Assembly: GCF_036365525.1 (NCBI RefSeq)
Contig: NC_090416.1
Coordinates: 16,588,945-16,652,944, forward strand
DNA: 64,000 nucleotides
Source: Heterodontus francisci
Lineage: Eukaryota
Direction: 5' to 3'
Under the pieces are notes generated by a model. That model saw nothing but the letters and a program-made list of their open reading frames with translations, was not told the origin of the DNA and made no database searches. A program made the translations under genes and the position numbers. Shown here one piece after another: positions 1-11,184 of this stretch (position 1 is the stretch's first letter; each line of letters opens with the position of its first letter).

Positions 1-171
1 CGGTGCCTGTGGTCACCCCGCTGTCTGTCTCTTTATCATCCACTCTCCAGAGAACCCGCACGAAACCCGGCTTAAAGCGGCTCACCAGGCAGGACAGAGT
101 AGCCCATCCCGAGTCTATTTCTTCCGAGGAAGGAGGGAGCAGGAGAACTGATGGTTTCCGATCCTCACTAC
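1..171 (-). CDS. Ig light-chain constant exon, cluster 1 (5' part only; runs off window start)
   Basis: Acceptor cacacacag|GT AGT GAG at 172-174; reads SEDRKPSVLLLPPSSEEIDSGWATLSCLVSRFKPG, matching the full C exons at 16175 and later. Confidence 0.95.
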
Positions 172-1504
172 CTGTGTGTGAGAGACAGGGTGGAAGAAAG
201 GAATCTCACTGTTAGTATCAATCATTTTTTCTAAAAGGCACATCCAGAATTAGTAACACATACTATAATTTAAAACAAACATTTAACTTGACTTCAGACT
301 TAGGTAGAGACAGTAAATAATATAATAGCCTGAGTGTTTCCAGCACTCGATTTCAGATTTCCAGCATCTGCAGGATTTTGCTTTGATTGGATTAAAATTA
401 AATATTTAGTCCAATCTTAACTCCCTGTCAATTGAGAGCTGGACTTGTACATGGATTCGAGACATTCATATAAATTAATTAACTGAATATTAAATACAAC
501 AGACAATATCGAATTGTTTAAAATTCAGGGGCAGATTAAAATCAAAAGTTTATAAATTGAGGAAGTTTCACATTTCGGATAGGCTGTACTGGAGGTCTTA
601 TGGAGGTGCTCGGAGTATGTATTGGGAGTAACTCAACCTCCCAGATCCACACTCAGAGTTCGGTGATCACCTCACCAGGAAAAATTCTTTATTTAAAAAA
701 AAGAGTTTTAAAAGTAATAAAGTTCGGGGCGGTTTCCATTTAGAAAGTAGGTTAGACACTTCACATGAAGGAATGACAGCCGGAAGGAGGGGGCTGGGAA
801 GGGAGACGGGGACTGGGGGGTAGAGAGACCGGGTGCGTGAGGAACAGACAAGATGGGGGGAGGGGGCGCAGAATGAGGCCATTCGGTCCATCGAGTCCCT
901 GCCGCAGCCGAACCCCACTTCCCAACTTTGGGAGTCTTTTTTTCAGGTGGGGGAGGGGGTGCTAGTGTCAAACTCGACCCCCTTTGAGTGTGAGTAAAAT
1001 TCCTGTTTGTAAATCTTCCAGCAACACCCGGGGCAGGCTCGCTATTTATACAACAGTGCAGCGAATAGACGGAGAAGTCCACACCTGCACACTGCAGACC
1101 TGGCCGAACAGACTCGAGGGGCTGAATGGCCTTTCTCCCCTGTTCATTCTGCATTTTTATTTTGCCAATGGAGTTTTTCCTCGGTTCTGAGGAAAGGTCA
1201 GAGACCCGAAACTGTTCACCGTTTCTCCCTCTCTCTCCGCAGAGGCTGCCCAGACCTGCTGAGTATTTCCAGCATCTTCTGTTTTTTTATTTCAGATTTC
1301 CAGCATCCGCAATTGTTTTGCTGCTATTTTAGTGTTTATTTTTCTACCCTCCAGAATCCAAATTCCCAGCACTGAATCAGTGGACAGAAAAATAAAAATC
1401 TGACCCAATTTGTTTTCACCGTTATCAGGGCAGATCCGATTCTGCAACAATAAATGAATAAATAATTGAAACAATATGAATGATAGGATGAGGGAATTAC
1501 TTAC

Positions 1505-1541
1505 TCCGTAAACTCAGGGCGGTCCCAGGTCCGAAGGTAAA
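1505..1541 (-). CDS. Ig light-chain J segment, cluster 1 (FTFGPGTALSLR)
   Basis: FGxG motif; donor gtaagt at 1499-1504; phase matches the C acceptor; abuts the heptamer. Confidence 0.95.
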
Positions 1542-1580
1542 CACAGTGCAGTGTTTTAATGGGACGGGTCACTTAAAACC
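1542..1580 (+). other. 23-bp-spacer RSS of J1
   Basis: CACAGTG 1542-1548, 23 nt, nonamer CTTAAAACC 1572-1580 (6/9 consensus). Confidence 0.85.
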
Positions 1581-1895
1581 CAGGCTGGGAAGAAAGAGGG
1601 GAAAATATTAATAATCTGTCCTTTATCACATTCCCTTTCACATTCTGCCTTTCACTGGGGCCGGAATGCTGAGAGTCTGGAGAAAGATTTTCACATATCA
1701 GTGAGGAAACCTTGAGAATATCAGTGTTTACCTACCCAGCGAATAGTCCAAATATTGGGGAAAATCCAAATAAACCCATGGAATTCCAGTGAGATTTTCC
1801 ACAAGTTACATAAGGAATATTTCTGAAGCTCATTCCACAGTCTCAGGCAGGAATATTTCAGTAGCTGTTGGAATTCTGAGTGGTTCTGTTGATAC

Positions 1896-1923
1896 AGTTT
1901 TTGTATTGCCCTTTCTCACTGTG
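1896..1923 (-). other. 12-bp-spacer RSS of V1
   Basis: Minus strand CACAGTG (1923-1917), 12 nt, ACAAAAACT (1904-1896). Confidence 0.95.
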
Positions 1924-2252
1924 TATGTAGCCTGCTGAGTATTCCGCGGCAGCACAGTAATAGACGGCGGAGTCTCCCGGTTCCAAGCTGCCGATGGTCA
2001 GAATGTGACTGTTACTGGAGGTGTCTCTGGAAGGTTTAAAACGGTCCGTGAAGCCGGTGCCTCGATAGATGCTACCACTTGGATAGTGGGCTAACACCCA
2101 CACCGGAGCCTCCCCGGGTCTCTGTCGGTACCAGCTCATGTAGTAACTGCCCATTTTGCCGTTCTGCATCGCACACTTTAACTCGGAGGTCTCACCGGCG
2201 GAGACTGGGTCTGAAATTGGGGTCTGATTGAGGACAGGAACCGCCAGGACAC
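1924..2252 (-). CDS. Ig light-chain V exon, cluster 1 (type I/sigma-cart-like)
   Basis: Acceptor ttgaag|GT; open frame with Cys, WYRQRPG, long CDR2 and DSAVYYC; ends at the RSS. Confidence 0.95.
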
Positions 2253-2414
2253 CTTCAACACAAAACACAAGAGAGAGAAAAACACATTCAGTTTATTGGG
2301 GCAAAAAAGCAAACTGATAAATAAACAGGCCGGGCTCCCAAATCCCTTTGCTTCCTAATCTAATGGTTTACAAATGAATAATTGAGTAACGTTCTGTTAA
2401 CATAAGTCTCTCAC

Positions 2415-2463
2415 CTGTTAAATGGAGTAGCAGGGTCCCCAGGAGATACATTACTGCAGCCAT
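2415..2463 (-). CDS. Leader exon, cluster 1 (MAAVMYLLGTLLLHLT)
   Basis: ATG at 2463, hydrophobic peptide, phase-1 donor G|gtgaga matching the V acceptor. Confidence 0.92.
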
Positions 2464-2564
2464 TCCCTCCGGGGGGGAAAAAAACCCGTGAAGAATTTGT
2501 GAGCAGGGTTTTACTGTAACTCCAGAAAGTGGATCCAGTTACAGTGCCGGACAAGGTGAGACCA

Positions 2565-2600
2565 GTATCTATTATATGAACCTGTATGCAAATACAGGGA
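2565..2600 (-). promoter_or_regulatory. V promoter, cluster 1: octamer ATTTGCAT (2586-2593) plus TATA-like element
   Basis: Perfect octamer in light-chain orientation ~125 nt upstream of the ATG; CATATAATAG just downstream. Confidence 0.85.
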
Positions 2601-2615
2601 GGGTTGAGAGGAGCA

Positions 2616-2666
2616 GGGGCGGCGGGGGGGGGGGGGGGGGGAGGGGGGGTGGGGGGGGGGGGGTGG
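2616..2666. repeat. Poly-G tract upstream of the V1 promoter
   Basis: ~50 nt almost pure G on the + strand. Confidence 0.9.
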
Positions 2667-3584
2667 ACCAGACCAGATTTTTTTTATTGAGCCTCTATTG
2701 GTCCCCAATTAAACATTTCCATGTATTTATTTCCACCGAGTTGAGGGTTAATTCACAATAATTTCTGATTTTAACCCCCCCTTCTCATGTCAAGAGTGTG
2801 AGATTTAAAAGAACAACTGTAGAAATTGCACATTTTATCCCAGATGGGCAAAGACAAAAGCCCTTCAGAATCCAGTGCCTTGAATTCATCCAGAACAAGT
2901 TTAACCCAGCGATCGTTAAGGATTTGTTTTTTTTTATATTTGGGTCTGCAATGTGTACTTAAACACATATCTTTATATCCAACACGCTGGTGTTTGCAAC
3001 AAAGCAGTTCATTGGAAGGATTGGAATGGAAGAGATTGACTGGACTGCTTCTCTGAGCTGCTCTTTTTTCCGATCCGCCACTGTACAAGTGCACTGCTTG
3101 TCCTGGCGTTTGAGCCGAGTGTAGGGTCAAAACACTCGTTTCTCACTCAGGCCGACGTTCAGAAACAGCCAGAATCAACTCCAATATCCGTTTTAATTGG
3201 TAATGCAACGAGGAGTGAGATTCTGACCGGGCAAGCTGACTGCTCGGATAGTTTCTGTGTTGTGTCCGGATCCTGTGTTAAGTCCAGTTTCAATGAAATG
3301 TGTTTTCCTGCTGCAACAGTTCCTGCCCTGACTTTTTTTTGTTGCAACTAAACCACATGTATCGGAACCTCAGTCCCAGGCATACATTTGTTTTAACATT
3401 CCATTTCAGATGTTTTATGTCAATCACTCGATGCCAAGGGAAAACGTTCAACAAGTTGCTCGTGAGAGGAGTTAGTTTCTTTAAAATGAATATTTTCTAT
3501 CTTTTTATTTAAAATTCACTTAATTGGATGTGGACATCACTTGGCCCTGCCCGCATTTATTGCCCATCCCTCATTGCCGTTGAG

Positions 3585-3936
3585 GGCGGCACAGTGGCGC
3601 AGTGGTTAGCATTACAGCCTCACAGCTCCACGAACCCGGGTTCGATTCCGGGTACTGCCTGTGTGGAGTTTGCAAGTTCTCCCTGTGTCTGCGTGGGTTT
3701 TCTCCGGGTGCTCCGGTTTCCTCCCACAAGCCAAAAGACTTGCAGGTTGATAGGTAAATTGGCCATTATAAATTGTCACTAATATAGGTAGGTGGTAGGG
3801 TAATATAGGGACAGGTGGGGATGTTTGGTGGGAATATGGGATTAGTGTAGGATTAGTATAAATGGGTGGTTGATGTTCGGCACAGACTCGGTGGGCCGAA
3901 GGGACTGTTTCATTGCTGCATCTCTAATCTAATCTA
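3585..3936 (+). mobile_element. tRNA-derived SINE, HE1-like, 352 bp
   Basis: A box (TGGCGCAGTGG), B box (GGTTCGATTCC), CR1-type 3' tail GGGCCGAAGGG..TCTCTAATCTAATCTA; ends defined by the empty site at 51262. Confidence 0.85.
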
Positions 3937-4933
3937 AAGGTGGTGGTGGAGTCGCCTTCTTGAACTGCTACAGTGCAGTGGTTTTTGTACAACAGAACTG
4001 AGGGCAGTTAAGAGTCAACCACATTGCCGTGGGTCTGGAGTCACATGTCGGCCAGACCAGGTGAGGACGGCAGATTTCCTTCCCTAAAAGGACATTTGTG
4101 AAACAGATGGTTTTTTGTTAATGAACATTCAATTTATGGTCACCATTACTGAGACTAGGTTTCAATTCCAATTTTTCTTTTAATTAATTAGTTGAATTTA
4201 AATTCCATGGTGGGATTTGAACTCGTGTCTCCAGAGCATTATCCTGGGCCTCTGGATTAGTAATATCTAGTGCCATAACTACTACGCCACCTTGTGATGG
4301 ATCAATATTAATTCTAGAAATGTGATAGGATTTGAGCCAGTGAAAGGGAGAGGGTGGGAAGAAGAACAGCAGGGAAGGTCTGTGACAGGGGTGGAGGGCA
4401 GGAGAGATTAAATGACAAAAAGGGTGTCAAGGTGCAAAGCCAAAGGGAGTGGTAATAAAAGATGTGTCTGGAGGAGATGTGAATGGCAGGATCGGAACAC
4501 AAAGTAAAGGAAATAAGAGGTAAACAAGAGAGATAAAATAACAAATCAGCAAAGAAAAGGGCAACAAAAATGAGGGCAGGGGGGTTACAAACTAAAATTG
4601 TAGAATTCAGTGTTGAGTCCGGAAGGTTGTAGAGTGCCCAGTCGAAAGATGAGGTGCTGTTCCTGCAGTTAGCCTCCGATTACTGACATGTTCAGTCAAG
4701 TCAGTGTCGACTAGCTGCCCCCTAGACAGAGAATTTCACCCCTCCCCCATTCAAAATCCATTTCTGATTTCTGAACAGACCCACCTCCCTCCCCTCCCAC
4801 CAGGCAGATTCTCTGGGTCATTTTCAACTAACCCTAACCTGCATTACTATAGAGACCTCAGGATGTCCTAAAGACAGACAAATAAACACCTGTTTTGAAG
4901 TTTTGTCATTGTAACATCGTAATAAAGTGTTTT

Positions 4934-5021
4934 CCCCTGCTCCCCTTGACCCCCTCCCTGTATTTGCATATTGACTAATATATAGATACTAGTCTTCTCC
5001 GGGTTCCCGGAGTTACAGTAA
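4934..5021 (+). promoter_or_regulatory. Inverted paralogue of the Ig V promoter (octamer 4962-4969)
   Basis: CCCCTGCTCC..CCCTCCCTGTATTTGCATA..ATAGATACT..GGAGTTACAGTAA, colinear with the reverse complement of 2510-2620. Confidence 0.8.
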
Positions 5022-5399
5022 TATTGTTGAAGTGAAAGCACAATTGCTAAATGTGTGAGAAGCTGAACTCAGCTTTGCCCATGTAGTTGAATGGAGAGTG
5101 CACATATGTAGTTAAATGGAGTCATCCACGTATGTAGTTAAATGGAGTGTGCCAGTGTGCAGTAAAATGGGGTTGTGCACATGTCTAATGGAAAGCAGTT
5201 CAGCACCTCTAGGTTCATAGAATCTCTCACTTTGCACAGCAGATGTCACATGGCTGCAGCTTTGCCCAGGGAGCCTACCCGGTTCACACAGGATAGGCCA
5301 GGTGTTAAAGCAAGAGCATTTGGTGTTGCCTATTGAAGCTTGCACAGCGGTTAAAGGAAAATACAATTAAAGCTCACAAGATGGGAATCTTGTAAAGTG

Positions 5400-5950
5400 T
5401 CAGCCATGGCCTCGTGGCTTCAAGTCACAATCCAGAGACTTGAGCACAAAAAGCAGTCTCACATTCGCCGTGTAGTACTGAGGGAGTGCTGCACTGTCAG
5501 AGGGTCAGTACTGAGTGAGTGCCGCACTCAGAGGGTCAGTACTGAGGGAGTGCTGCATTGTCAGAGGGTCAGTCCTGAGGGAGCGCTGAACTGTTGGAGG
5601 GTCAGTACTGAGGGAGTGCTGAACTGTTGGAGGGTCAGTACTGAGGGAGTGCTGCACTGTCGGAGGGTCAGTACTGAGGGAGTGCTGCACTGTCTGAGGT
5701 GCCATATTCACAAGTCCCCCTCAGGTGGACATTATCGATCCCATGACTCTATTTGAAGGAGAGCAGGTGCCCTGGACAATATATATTCCAACATTAACAC
5801 CTAAAGCTGTAACTGGTCATTATCACATTGCTATTTGTGGGAGCTTGCTGTGTAAATGACTGTCAGATTTCCTGCATTTCAACAGTGACTACATTTCAAA
5901 ACACACTTCAAAAGTACGTCATTAGATGTAAACCACTTTGGGGCAGCCTA
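5400..5950 (+). mobile_element. Deu-domain-type SINE (SacSINE1-like) with an internal 33-bp tandem expansion
   Basis: B-box-like head, GGTCATTATCACATTGC..GGGAGCTTGCTGTG core, L2-like tail; family assigned from recall. Confidence 0.6.
5473..5700 (+). repeat. 33-bp tandem repeat AGTACTGAGGGAGTGCTGCACTGTCGGAGGGTC, ~7 copies
   Basis: Head-to-tail copies without spacers. Confidence 0.9.
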
Positions 5951-5961
5951 GTGATCAGACC

Positions 5962-6632
5962 TCTCTGTCTCTCCATCTGTCTATCTGTCTNNNNNNNNNN
6001 NNNNNNNNNNNNNNNNNNNNNNNNNNNNNNNNNNNNNNNNNNNNNNNNNNNNNNNNNNNNNNNNNNNNNNNNNNNNNNNNNNNNNNNNNNNNNNNNNNNN
6101 NNNNNNNNNNNNNNNNNNNNNNNNNNNNNNNNNNNNNNNNNNNNNNNNNNNNNNNNNNNNNNNNNNNNNNNNNNNNNNNNNNNNNNNNNNNNNNNNNNNN
6201 NNNNNNNNNNNNNNNNNNNNNNNNNNNNNNNNNNNNNNNNNNNNNNNNNNNNNNNNNNNNNNNNNNNNNNNNNNNNNNTTCTCTCCATATCTATCTATCT
6301 CTCTATCTATCTATCTATCTATCTGTCTATCCATCTATCTGTCCATCTCTTGCTATCTATCTATCTATCTGTTTATCTATCTGTCTGTTTATCTATCNNN
6401 NNNNNNNNNNNNNNNNNNNNNNNNNNNNNNNNNNNNNNNNNNNNNNNNNNNNNNNNNNNNNNNNNNNNNNNNNNNNNNNNNNNNNNNNNNNNNNNNNNNN
6501 NNNNNNNNNNNNNNNNNNNNNNNNNNNNNNNNNNNNNNNNNNNNNNNNNNNNNNNNNNNNNNNNNNNNNNNNNNNNNNNNNNNNNNNNNNNNNNNNNNNN
6601 NNNNNNNNNNNNNNNNNNNNNNNNNNNNNNNN
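5962..6632. repeat. (TCTA/TCTG)n microsatellite, largely N
   Basis: TATC repeats flank and interrupt the N runs. Confidence 0.8.
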
Positions 6633-6665
6633 GCGGAGTTCCAGACCGGTAAGTGCAAAAACCTT

Positions 6666-6850
6666 ACTTCGGGGATTCTCGGACAGACTCGGAGGGCGGA
6701 ATTAACCTCGGTGATTCTCGGACAGACTCGGAGGGCGGAGTGAACCTCGGGGATTCTCGGACAGACTCGGAGGGCGGTGTTCTCCTCGATGGGTCGAAGG
6801 GCCTGTTTCAGTGCTGTATCTCTAAATAAAAAATAAAAATAAATAAAATA
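6666..6850 (+). repeat. 39-bp CpG-rich VNTR (3 copies) followed by a CR1/HE1-type 3' tail and A-rich tract
   Basis: CTCGGGGATTCTCGGACAGACTCGGAGGGCGGAGTTAAC monomers, then GATGGGTCGAAGGGCCTGTTTCAGTGCTGTATCTCTAAATAAAA. Confidence 0.85.
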
Positions 6851-6869
6851 ATATTTATAGTAGAAATCT

Positions 6870-9800
6870 AGCACTGGGGACCATATCGTTTATTATAACA
6901 ATTTAGTAAGGATTTAATAAGTATTTATTTTATATTAATTAACTAATTAGTGATAGAAATGTCAGTTAAAGGGGTGAAGTGCTTCACCTGTGAGATGTGG
7001 GAAGTCCGTGACACTTCCAGCATTCCGGGCGACTCCGCCTGCAGGAAGTTTACCCAGTTGCAGCTCCTCACAGACCACATGGATCGGTTGGAGCGGCAAC
7101 TGGAAGCACTTGGGAGCATGCAGGTGGCAGAGAGCGTCATAGACAGGAGTTTTAGAGAAGTGGTTGCACCCAATGTGCAGGCAGATAGATGGGTGACCGC
7201 TAGAAGGAGCAGGCAGTCAGTGCAGGAATCCCCTGTGGCTATCCCCTTCTCCAACAAGTATACAGTTTTGGATACTGTTGGGGGGGATGGCCGAGCAGGG
7301 GAAAACAACAGCAGCAGCCAGAGCAGTGGCACCACGGCTATCACTGTTGTTCAGCAGGGAGGGACAAAGCGCAAAGAACAATAGTTATAGGGGACTCTAT
7401 AGTCAGGGGCACAGATAGGCGCATCTGTGGACGTGAAAGAGACTCCAGGATGGTATGTTGCCTCCCTGGTGCCAGGGTGAAGGATGTCTCTGAACGGACA
7501 GGGGGCATTCTGAAGGGCGAGGGTGAACAGCCAGAGGTTGTGGTACACATCGGTACCAATGACATAGGCAGGAAGAGTGATGAGGTCCTGCAGGGGGAGT
7601 TTAGGTAGTCAGGTAGAAAGTTGTAATCTCTGGATTAAACCCTGTGCCACGTGCCAGAGAGGATAGAAATAGGAAGATAGTGCAGCTAAACACGTGGCTG
7701 AGCAGCTGGTGTCGAAGGGAGGGTTTCAGATATCTGGACCATTGGGCTCTCTTCAGGGACAGATGGGACCTGTACAAGAAGGACGGGTTGCATCTAAACT
7801 GGAGGGGCACTAATATCCTGGCTGCAAAGTTTGCCAGCGTCACTCGGGAGGGTTTAAACTAGTGTGGCAGGGGGGTGGGAACCAGAGCAGTGGGACAGCT
7901 AGAAAAATAAATGAGGAGGACATAGTAAATAAGGCCAGTAAGACTAAGTGGAAGAGCAGGCAGGAAGATGTTGCTGAGCACAGCGGGACTGGTGCTCTGA
8001 AGTACATTTCTTTCAATGCGAGAAGTATAGCAGGTAAGGTAGATGAAATTAGAGCTTGGATTAGTACTTGGAAATATGATGTTGTTGCTATTACAGAGAC
8101 TTGGTTGAGGGAAGGGCAGGATTGGCAGCTAAATGTTCCAGGCTTTAGAAGCTTCAGGTGGGATAGAGGGGGATGTAAAAGGGGTGGGGGAGTTGCATTA
8201 CTGGTTAAGGAGAATATCACAGCTGTACTGCGGGAGGACACCTCAGAGGGGTCATGCAGCGAGGCAATATGGGTGGAGCTCAGGAATAGGAAGGGTGCAG
8301 TCACGAAGTTGGGGGTTTACTACAGGCCTCCCAACAGCCAGCGGGAGGTAGAGGACAAGATATGTAGACAGATTTTGGAAAGATGTAAAGGTAACAGGAT
8401 TGTGGTGGTGGGTGATTTTAACTTCCCCGATATTGACTGGGACTCACTTAGTGCTAGGGGCTTGGATGGGGCAGAATTTGTGAGGAGCATCCAGGAGGGC
8501 TTCTTGAAACAGAATGTAGATAGTCCAACTAGGGATGGGGCCATTCTGGACCTGGTATTGGGGAATGAGCCCGGCCAGGTGGTCGAAGTTTCAGTGGGTG
8601 AACATTTCGGGAGCAGTGACCATAATTCCATAAGTTTTAAGGTACTTGTGGATAAGGATAAGAGTAGTCCTCGGGTGAAGGTGCGAACTTGGGGGAAGGC
8701 TAATTATAACAATATTAGGCAGGAATTGAAGAATTTAGATTGGGGGCGGCTGTTTGAGGGTAAATCAACATCTGACATGTGGGGAGTCTTTCAAACGTCA
8801 GCTGATTAGAATCCAGGACCAGCATGTTCCTGTGAGGAAGAAAGACAAGTTTGGCATGTTTCGGGAAATTTGGATAACACTGGATGTTGTGAGCCTAGTC
8901 AAAAAGGAAAAGGAAGCATTTGTAAGGGCTGGAAGGTTAGGAACAGACGAAGCACTTGAGGAATATAAAGACAGTGGGAAGGAACTTAAGCAAGGAGTTA
9001 GGAGGGCTAAAAGGGGTCATAAAAAGTCATTGGCAAACAGGATTAAGGAGAATCCGAAGTCTTTTTATACATGTATAAAGAGCAAGAGGGTACCAGGGAA
9101 AGGGTTGGCCCACTCAAGGATAGAGATGGGAATCTATGTGTGGAGCCAGAGGAAATGGGCGAGGTGCTAAATGAGTACTTTGCATCAGTATTCACCAAAG
9201 AGAAGGACTTGGTGGATGATGAGCCTAGGGAAGGGAGTGCAGATAGTCTCAGTCATGTCATTATTAAAAAGGAGGAGGTGTTGGGTGTCTTGCAAAGCAT
9301 TAAGGTAGATACGTCCCCAGGGCCTGATGGGATCTACCCTAGAATACTGAGGGAGGCAATGGAAGAAATTGCTGGGGCCTTGACAGAAATCTTTGCATCA
9401 TCATTGGCTACAGGTGAGGCCCCAGAGGACTGGAGAACAGCCAATGTTGTTCCTTTGTTTAAGAAGGGTGGCAAGGATAATCCAGGAAATTATAGGCCGG
9501 TGAGCCTTACGTCAGTGGTAGGGAAACTATTAGAGAGGATTCTTCGGGACAGGATTTACTCCCATTTGGAAACAAACGAACTTATTAGCGAGAGACTGCA
9601 TGGTTTTGTGCTGGGGAGGTCATGTCTTACTAATTTGATTGAGTTTTTTGAGGAAGTGACGAAGATGATTGATGAAGGAAGGGCAGTGGATGTTATCTAA
9701 ATGGAATTTATTAAAGCCTTTGACAAGGTCCCGCATGGCAGACTGGTACAAAAGATAAAGTCACACGGGATCAGAGGTGAGCTGGCAAGATGGATACAGA

Positions 9801-10889
9801 ACTGGCTCGGTCATAGAAGACAGAGGGTATCAGTGGATGGGTGTTTTTCTGAATGGAGGGATGTGACTAGTGGGGTTCCGCAGGGATGAGTGCTGGGACC
9901 TTTGCTGTTTGTAGTATTATAAATGATTTGGAGGAAAATGTAGCTGGTCTGATTAGTAAGTTTGCGGACGACACAAAGGTTGGTGGAGTTGCGGATAATG
10001 ATGAGGATTGTCAGAGGATACAGCTGGATATAGATCGGTTGGAGACTTGGGCGGAGAAATGGCACATGGAGTTTAATCCGGACAAATGTGAGGTAATGCA
10101 TTTTGGAAGGACTAATGCAGGTGGGAGGTATACAGTAAATGGCAGAACCCTTAGGAGTATAGACAGACAGAGAGATCTGGGCGTACAGGTCCACAGGTCA
10201 CTGAAAGTGGCAACGCAGGTGGATAAGGTAGTCAAGAAGGCATACGGCATGCTTGCCATCATTGGTCGGGGCATAGAGTATAAAAATTGGCAAGTCATGT
10301 TGCAGCTGTACAGAACCTTAGTTAGGCCACACTTAGAATATTGCTTGCAATTCTGGTCGCCACACTACCAGAAGGACGTGGAGGCTTTGGAGAGGGTACA
10401 GAGGAGGTATACCAGGATGTTGCCTGTTCTGGAGGGCATGAGCTATGAGGAGAGGTTGGAAAAACTCGGATTGTTTTCACTGGAACGATGGAAGTGGAGG
10501 GGCGACATGATAGAGGTTTACAAAGTTATGAGCGGCATGGACAGAGTGGATAGTCAGAAGCTTTTTCCCAGGGTGGAAGAGTCAGTTACTAGGGGACATA
10601 GGTTTAAGGTGAGAGGGGCAAAGTTTAGAGGGGATGTGTGAGGCAAGTTTTTTACACAGAGGGTGGTGAGTGCCTGGAACTTGCTGCCAGGGGAGGTGGT
10701 GGAAGCAGATACGATAGCGACGTTTAAGAGACATCTTGACAAATACATGAATAGGAAGGGAATAGAGGGATATGGGCCCCGGAAGTGCAGAAGTTGTTAG
10801 TTTAGGCAGGCATCAAGATCGGTGCAGGCTTGGAGGGCCGAATGGCCTGTTCCTGTGTGGTACTGTTCTTTGTTCTTGTTCTTTGTTCT
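6870..10889 (+). mobile_element. Near-full-length CR1-clade LINE, disabled (copy 1)
   Basis: ORF1 with CxxC and SGNH-esterase motifs (IGDS, HIGTND, DGLHLN); ORF2 with APE endonuclease (ITETW, VGDFN, SDH) and RT (KFADDTK); (GTTCT)n tail; several stops and frameshifts. 5' boundary approximate. Confidence 0.92.
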
Positions 10890-11125
10890 CTCTGTCTATC
10901 TGTCCATCTCTCTGTCTATCTATCTGTCTATCTGTCTATCTGACTATCTATCTATCGATTTATCTATCTGTCCATATCTATCTATCTATGTATCTATCTA
11001 TCTGTCTATCTATCCACCTGTCCATCTCTCTCGCTCTATCTATTTGTCTGTCTGTTTATCTCTATCTATCTGTCTGTCCATCTCTATCTATCTGTCTGTC
11101 CATCTCTGTCTGTCTGTCTGTCTAT
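10890..11125. repeat. (TCTA/TCTG)n microsatellite
   Basis: Simple repeat directly 3' of the CR1. Confidence 0.9.
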
Positions 11126-11184
11126 CCCTCAGTACTGACCCTTTGACAGTGCGGCACTCCCTCAGTACTGACCCTTTGGGAACT

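Noticed and set aside
1542-1923. Germline-joined VJ or a D segment
   Set aside because: Clusters 1-3 retain both RSSs, and I see no extra RSS pair between them
1953-1959. Cryptic heptamer TACTGTG as a V-replacement signal
   Set aside because: Forced by the Tyr-Cys-Ala codons, and I found no properly spaced nonamer
3585-3660. tRNA gene
   Set aside because: A and B boxes belong to a SINE head followed by a SINE body and CR1-type tail
5991-6632. N runs as hidden genes
   Set aside because: They sit at equivalent positions within TCTA microsatellite in each unit; most likely masked or unresolved simple repeat
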